Origin: an uncultured virus (IMG/VR IMGVR_UViG_3300021959_000014)
Taxonomy: Duplodnaviria; Heunggongvirae; Uroviricota; Caudoviricetes
Direction: 5' to 3' (one strand)
Length of the DNA: 20,000 nt
Virus record (IMG/VR): IMGVR_UViG_3300021959_000014
Part shown: one piece after another, positions 15,028 through 20,000 of the stretch
Position numbering within the stretch: the stretch's first letter is position 1
Layout of the letters: every line of letters starts with the position of its first letter
Program-made: the position numbers and the translations under genes
Notes under the pieces: model-generated
What the model was told of the DNA's origin: nothing
Databases searched by the model: none
What the model saw: the letters and a program-made list of their open reading frames with translations, nothing else

Positions 15028-16416
15028 TTAAGTTTTTAAGTCAAAAAAAGCAGAATTGTATTTCTCTGCTAATTTCTTTTTTGTTTGAAAATCAGTATCA
15101 TCAAGACTATTAGATCTAGTACTAGGTGACCATGTTTTTTCTTCATCATCTCCTGATGGTGAATAATTTTGGGTTACTTCAAAATGTCCTGTACTTGTAT
15201 CTGCTTCAACACCATATGTAATACCATCTTGCCCGTATCTATTTTTCATAATATGAAACCTTCCAGTTCCATTTACTTTATCTTCCTTTTTACGAGATAG
15301 AGACATACAAAAATCAGTAATCATAAGTTTATCATAAGAACCTGCTGCCTTATCTCCTTCTATAATATCATCATTTGCACCTGCTCTATTAACTTGAGAT
15401 ACTGACCAAATAGGTATGTTAAGTGTTCTAGCTAATCCCTTTGTACTAACATAAATATCATCAATTTCATCTTTTCGTTCACGATTTTGTTTTTTTGATG
15501 AAAGTAAGTCAACATAATCAATTATTACTAAATCAGCTTTCATTCCCATTCCCTCACATTTTTTAATATGGGACTCAATTGTGGACACTGTTGCGCGTCC
15601 TGTAGGGAATTCTTTAATAATTAATTTACCTGGTAAATCAGGAATTAACTCCATTGCTTTAGGTTTTAGTTTTGCACTATCACTAACATCTATACCTGTA
15701 AAGAAAGCATCATATCTTTTTCCAACATAATCTTCCCCAAGTTCAAGAGTGTAATGTAAAACTGTATAACCACATTTAACAGCATGTCCTCCTAAAGCTA
15801 CTAATGACCAAGATTTACCACCTCCTGGGTTACCAAATATAAGACCAAAATCGCCATTTCCAAGTCCACCCTGTAATATACCATTAACGAGATTCCATGG
15901 AGTAGGTATAATTTTTCTTGTATTTTCTCTGTAACGGTCTTCAATATCTTTAAAGTATTCATGTCCTAAATTTTTATCTTGTCCTGCTTTTAAGGCGTTA
16001 TCAACTAATCCCCTTATTGCTTCAAAATCACCAGCTTTTAATAAATCAACTGATGTCATTAAAGCTCTTTTTAATTGTTGGTTTTTACAAAAGTTAGTAA
16101 ATTCTTCTTGAACATATTCTAAATCTTCATCCGAGGCTACATATGCCTGTTTTAATTGTTCTTTTAATGATATTTGAAGTACGTCATTATCTACTTTCTT
16201 TAACTCAATTTTTAATGTTTCTAAATTAGGGGTAGTATGGTATTTATCATAATATTTTAAAATCTCTTTAATAATCCATTTATGGGCACTATTCTCAAAG
16301 TATTCTTCACTAATAATATCATGTATATTAACTAAAAACTCTTTATGAGTTAAAAGGGATGAAATAGCTTTTACTTGAAAATCTGTTCCATATTGATTAA
16401 GCGTGTGAAGTGTCAT
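15028..16416 (-). CDS. dnaB: Replicative DNA helicase (DnaB / T4 gp41-like)
   Basis: Walker A GNPGGGKS, YTLE, Walker B IIDYVDLL, SQVNR and the arginine finger KNRYG. Confidence 0.92.
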   Translation of the reverse strand: MTLHTLNQYGTDFQVKAISSLLTHKEFLVNIHDIISEEYFENSAHKWIIKEILKYYDKYHTTPNLETLKIELKKVDNDVLQISLKEQLKQAYVASDEDLEYVQEEFTNFCKNQQLKRALMTSVDLLKAGDFEAIRGLVDNALKAGQDKNLGHEYFKDIEDRYRENTRKIIPTPWNLVNGILQGGLGNGDFGLIFGNPGGGKSWSLVALGGHAVKCGYTVLHYTLELGEDYVGKRYDAFFTGIDVSDSAKLKPKAMELIPDLPGKLIIKEFPTGRATVSTIESHIKKCEGMGMKADLVIIDYVDLLSSKKQNRERKDEIDDIYVSTKGLARTLNIPIWSVSQVNRAGANDDIIEGDKAAGSYDKLMITDFCMSLSRKKEDKVNGTGRFHIMKNRYGQDGITYGVEADTSTGHFEVTQNYSPSGDDEEKTWSPSTRSNSLDDTDFQTKKKLAEKYNSAFFDLKT

Positions 16417-16433
16417 ATAACCTTTTTATTTTA

Positions 16434-17474
16434 TTATTGTTTGTATACTGGAAATTTAGAGAATATATCTTTAATCCACATATCTAAATTTCTTATCATT
16501 CCACCTAATTTATCTTCATTATAAAATGATATAAACATTTCAGAATTTAAATCAGGTAATTCTTCATTTATTAAGTTATCAATATGTTCTTTTCCTCTAT
16601 CATCAATCATAGGAGTACTTAGATCCATAACTTTATAATTTGTCTCAATTCGGTCTTGTTCCTGAACTATGCGTGAATATACGACATGGTCCTTGAATTT
16701 CCTAGCAGATATGTCGAAAATATCTTGAAGTGTTAATTCCATTGTTTTTAACTCAGGAAATTTTTTAAATATACCCTTAGCACCTAAACCTTTAATACCT
16801 CTAATATTATCTGAGTTGTCACCTAATAAAGTTTTATGTAAAATAAAGTTGTGGGGTAATAATCCAAATTTTTCTTCTACAACTTTTGGAGTGTAATATT
16901 CTTTCTCCATTGGTCTATATACAATGATTTTATCAGTTACTAACTGTAGGAAATCCTTATCACTAGATACTATAAAACAAGTTGAATTATGTTTTTCTAC
17001 AAGTTTTTCAGCTAACACGGCTATAATGTCATCAGCTTCGACTTTATCGAGTATGGTGGTTTTAACAGGTAATAGCTTTAGATACTGTATTATACGCACT
17101 ATTTGGTCAATTTTTGAGTCATGTTCTTCCTCAATATTGTCAAATGCTTCCCAATTAGTAATTCTAGATAAATTTCTTGTTCCTTTGTATTCGGAAAGCA
17201 GGTTCTTACGATTTACTGTTGAACCTGCTCCGTCGAATACTACATAAACAGATGTTGGATTTGTTTGTCTAATCATGGCACCTAAAGAACGGAAAAAACC
17301 ACCTAACCCCCCAATATGAACTCCATCAGGATTTACCATATTCATCATAGCAAAATTCCTAAAAAATAAATTTAAACCATCTAGGATTAATACTCTATCG
17401 TGTCTTTTCAAAGGAGTTTCTTCCCCTTGCTCCTGAACTGTATCCAGGAGCTTAAATAAATCTTTATGTTTCAT
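16434..17474 (-). CDS. 5'-3' exonuclease / flap endonuclease (PolI N-terminal / T4 RNase H-like)
   Basis: LILDGLNLFFR, VVFDG, EYKGTR, VEADDIIA, SSDKDFLQL and the HhH motif GDNSDNIRGIKGLG. Confidence 0.93.
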   Translation of the reverse strand: MKHKDLFKLLDTVQEQGEETPLKRHDRVLILDGLNLFFRNFAMMNMVNPDGVHIGGLGGFFRSLGAMIRQTNPTSVYVVFDGAGSTVNRKNLLSEYKGTRNLSRITNWEAFDNIEEEHDSKIDQIVRIIQYLKLLPVKTTILDKVEADDIIAVLAEKLVEKHNSTCFIVSSDKDFLQLVTDKIIVYRPMEKEYYTPKVVEEKFGLLPHNFILHKTLLGDNSDNIRGIKGLGAKGIFKKFPELKTMELTLQDIFDISARKFKDHVVYSRIVQEQDRIETNYKVMDLSTPMIDDRGKEHIDNLINEELPDLNSEMFISFYNEDKLGGMIRNLDMWIKDIFSKFPVYKQ

Positions 17475-17483
17475 GTTTTGTTT

Positions 17484-18557
17484 TTAGATGTCTGCTTGGT
17501 CAAACAGAACAGGTGTTACATCTTCTTGATCTTCTACAATTTTAAATGTTCCTCCACCTAAGATTTTTGTCCATTCATCTGAATGTTCTTTCTTGTAGGC
17601 GTTCTTATCTTTATCAGTGTCTTGTATAAAGCCATGGTTTGTCATAACAATTTTACCTCTTGATTGCATACCATTAACATGGTTTTTATCAATTTGTAAG
17701 TTTGTTCTTTTACCCCATTCTACTTGCTTACCACCTTTAATTGCTTTAATTTTAGATGTTCCAGCATTAGATATATTACCAAAAGTAACTACGAATGTTG
17801 CATCATACCACATAGCCATTCCACCTTTGTTCATCATTTTTGGCTGACCCATAGGGGATTCAGCTTTTGCTGTCCAAACTTTATTAATACAACAAAGTGT
17901 ATTAGTAAATGGTGATGATTCTTTACGTGACATTACAATACTTTGGTTAACTGTATTACCAAATTGTGTTGACATTGCACCCGCATTCCATTCATTATTA
18001 TTTTTTAGTTTTTCAACTGACATAGCACAAGGAATAGATCCAATTGAATCCCAAAAGAATGCTAAGTCATAAGGTAAATTACCTTTTTTCTGTTCATTCT
18101 GTAGATCCATAATAAAGGCTGCTACGTCTTCGATTGTATGTAATGTTTCTCTATCAACATAAATAAAATTACCTTCATAGTCTACAACATTACCCTCATC
18201 ATCTTTAATTAGGTTAACTTGTAACCCCATTTGGGCTGCATGTTCCCAATTCCATTTCATTTCGGTAATAATAAAAACAGGTAGTATTCCCATTTTCTGT
18301 GCTGATACCGCTGCTTCAAGTAAAGCAGTAGTTTTTCCTGTATCAGAATGTCCTCTAAGTAATGAGATATGTCCCATTGGTACTCCAGGTACTCCAGATA
18401 TTTCTTGAAAAGCAGGGGATAGTGGTATCCATTTTTGTTCCTTAAATTTGACGTTTTTATCTAAACCTTTAGAAGATTTAAATTTATTAAGATCAAATTT
18501 GCTCTTAATCTCGGCGGACACTGCCGCCGAGAGAGACTTTGATACTTTTTTTGCCAT
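17484..18557 (-). CDS. recA: RecA/UvsX-like recombinase
   Basis: Walker A GHSDTGKTT, ITE, Walker B-like FFWDSIGS, 'KGG.AM.Y' and KNH; located between SSB and the exonuclease. Confidence 0.85.
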   Translation of the reverse strand: MAKKVSKSLSAAVSAEIKSKFDLNKFKSSKGLDKNVKFKEQKWIPLSPAFQEISGVPGVPMGHISLLRGHSDTGKTTALLEAAVSAQKMGILPVFIITEMKWNWEHAAQMGLQVNLIKDDEGNVVDYEGNFIYVDRETLHTIEDVAAFIMDLQNEQKKGNLPYDLAFFWDSIGSIPCAMSVEKLKNNNEWNAGAMSTQFGNTVNQSIVMSRKESSPFTNTLCCINKVWTAKAESPMGQPKMMNKGGMAMWYDATFVVTFGNISNAGTSKIKAIKGGKQVEWGKRTNLQIDKNHVNGMQSRGKIVMTNHGFIQDTDKDKNAYKKEHSDEWTKILGGGTFKIVEDQEDVTPVLFDQADI

Positions 18558-18559
18558 AT

Positions 18560-19396
18560 TTAGAAGGGTAGATCATCTTTTTGTGTTTTTGAATCTTCAG
18601 GAAATAAAGCATCAAATTGATCTGCTTTATTTTTCTTAACATTACTAGTATCTAAACTAAAATTACTATGTGTTGAGGTACTAGGTGCTGATGTTGGTGC
18701 TGTTGTAACAATTTCATCTTCTGAATCTTCTGGAGCTAACCATTTTTCTAAAGCGGATTTCATTTCATCAAATGAATATGATTTAAACAATCCTTCTTTA
18801 GGGTTTGGTTGTTCACTTGTCCATGTTTCTACTTTTGTAGCATCTTCACTAAGTGGTGATGTTTTTAATCTAACACGTACTGATGATTTATTGTAAGGAG
18901 TACCAGTTGATTCTGGTCCTACTGTTTCAACTGTAAGGTCTCTACCATTTACAATATCTGTGTAATCTCCAATTTCATCATCAACAGCAAGTGCTAATAA
19001 TTCTTCATATACTTGCTTACCAAATTGCCATAATCTAGTACCTTTATCTTCTTCACCTCTAACTATTACAGGAACGAAAATACGGTTTTTAGCATCTAAC
19101 TTTTTAGCTAGTACATAATTTTCTTTAGTATACTCTTCTCTAAGTTTTGCTGCGAAGAGTGCAATTGGGTCTTTTTCACCAAAATTAGTAGGTGAAATCA
19201 TTACCTTATTGGTAATACCATAATAGAATTTTAATTCTGTAAATGGGTTTGAGGAATCATACGCAGATGGTACAATTCTAATTTGTTGTTTACCTACTGT
19301 AGGTCTCCAAAAAATGGTTGTGTAATCAATTTTTCCACCAGCTTGTGGTTTCGATTGGAGTGTATCCAATTTTGCTTTTAAGGCATTTAAATCCAT
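18560..19396 (-). CDS. ssb: Single-stranded DNA-binding protein (T4 gp32-like)
   Basis: 'FWRP..G...IRIVP', 'LWQFGKQVY', 'D...GRDL' and an acidic tail ending DDLPF; replication-gene context. Confidence 0.8.
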   Translation of the reverse strand: MDLNALKAKLDTLQSKPQAGGKIDYTTIFWRPTVGKQQIRIVPSAYDSSNPFTELKFYYGITNKVMISPTNFGEKDPIALFAAKLREEYTKENYVLAKKLDAKNRIFVPVIVRGEEDKGTRLWQFGKQVYEELLALAVDDEIGDYTDIVNGRDLTVETVGPESTGTPYNKSSVRVRLKTSPLSEDATKVETWTSEQPNPKEGLFKSYSFDEMKSALEKWLAPEDSEDEIVTTAPTSAPSTSTHSNFSLDTSNVKKNKADQFDALFPEDSKTQKDDLPF

Positions 19397-19437
19397 AATG
19401 TAACTTATTTTTAATTATAACTGTTTATATGTAACGG

Positions 19438-19470
19438 AATATACGAACTATATTTTGGGGAACCAAACTA
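19438..19470 (-). promoter_or_regulatory. Putative host-type promoter, TTTG-N20-TATATT, upstream of ssb
   Basis: Minus strand reads TAGTTTG-GTTCCCCAAAATATAGTTCG-TATATT. Confidence 0.6.
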
Positions 19471-19935
19471 TACTTCGATTATTTTATATATTTTTGTATT
19501 TAATTGGTTTAAATCATTGTGTTGGGTAAGTAAAACACAATTTCTATAATGTTGCCAATCAACTTGATATTTAGTATCTACTACACCCCCATTTAACTTT
19601 TTAATAAGCTCATTAAGGGCATTAATAGTGTATAAAGTGTTAGATTCTTTTTTTCTATGTACTAAAATAGTATTATCTGGTATTGTTTGTACATTTCCTT
19701 GGTCTACATTATAAGTAACAACAAATTCATCTTTGCCCACGATCTCGAGGACAAACATTTTGTTGTATATAATGGTATATCTGCTTGTAATCTCTTCTAA
19801 TAAAGAATCTAAATTCTCTAAGTTTGTGAAGGTACAAAATAACTTATTGTTCAAATCTCCTATGTTTTGGAATGACGTTATAACATCATAGTTCGTGTTA
19901 TACGTATTTGGGGAATTATTTAAAATCGTAGTCAT
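19468..19935 (-). CDS. Conserved phage hypothetical protein of the replication block
   Basis: 155-aa ORF with 'NKLFCTF' and 'ILVHRKKESNTLYTINALN'; function unknown and start uncertain. Confidence 0.65.
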   Translation of the reverse strand: MTTILNNSPNTYNTNYDVITSFQNIGDLNNKLFCTFTNLENLDSLLEEITSRYTIIYNKMFVLEIVGKDEFVVTYNVDQGNVQTIPDNTILVHRKKESNTLYTINALNELIKKLNGGVVDTKYQVDWQHYRNCVLLTQHNDLNQLNTKIYKIIEV

Positions 19936-20000
19936 AACCTTCTTTTGTTTTTATGTTTAATTTATATTTAGTAAATATATCTTTTATATCTTCTATTACT
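19916..20000 (-). CDS. C-terminal end of an upstream gene, possibly a family A DNA polymerase
   Basis: Open frame from the window edge: ...VIEDIKDIFTKYKLNIKTKEGYDYDFK*. The 'L.IK.K.G.DY' ending resembles PolA C-termini; only 27 aa are visible. Confidence 0.4.
   Translation of the reverse strand, partial: VIEDIKDIFTKYKLNIKTKEGYDYDFK

Noticed and set aside
11866..16416. Introns, inteins or homing endonucleases in nrdA, nrdB or the helicase
   Set aside because: The proteins are uninterrupted and of compact length; the 107-aa intervening ORF has no endonuclease motif.
16682..16716. CGACAT...ATGTCG inverted repeat in the exonuclease gene
   Set aside because: Only 6 bp with a long, weakly paired interior; not distinguishable from chance by eye.
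1099..18639. All plus-strand ORFs in the track (e.g. 14102-14590, 13190-13528, 12287-12592, 16924-17247)
   Set aside because: They lie antisense to well-supported minus-strand genes and have no recognisable motifs; these are shadow ORFs.
632..19470. Possible TAG stop-codon reassignment, as in some Bacteroidota phages
   Set aside because: Genes are intact in the standard code, and TAG ends NrdA exactly after its canonical CxxC tail.

Overview
AT-rich 20-kb segment of a large tailed dsDNA phage, with every credible gene on the minus strand. The host is most likely Bacteroidota (probably Flavobacteriia). Evidence for that host: A-rich non-Shine-Dalgarno start regions, TTG-N20-TATATT promoters resembling the Bacteroidota -33/-7 consensus, nine signal peptides obeying the Q(+1) rule, and a type IX secretion (T9SS) sorting domain. 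In transcription order (right to left) there are three blocks. (1) A replication/nucleotide block: probable DNA polymerase C-terminus, a conserved hypothetical gene, SSB, RecA/UvsX, 5'-3' exonuclease, DnaB-like helicase, NrdB, NrdA and a small membrane protein, closed by an intrinsic terminator. (2) A ~7.7-kb operon-like cluster of exported and outer-membrane proteins: PA14-dockerin, cohesin-dockerin, cohesin-T9SS-CTD, a CsgG-like protein, two predicted beta-barrels and a CxxC-less secreted thioredoxin fold. This looks like a phage-encoded, cellulosome-like cell-surface assembly system and is the main finding. (3) A possible atypical lysis module (YkuD/L,D-transpeptidase-like enzyme plus an overlapping coiled-coil pair), a polytopic membrane protein, a DUF1599/Nmad1 protein and the start of a PD-(D/E)XK nuclease. 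All domain calls are by visual motif recognition; no database search was run.
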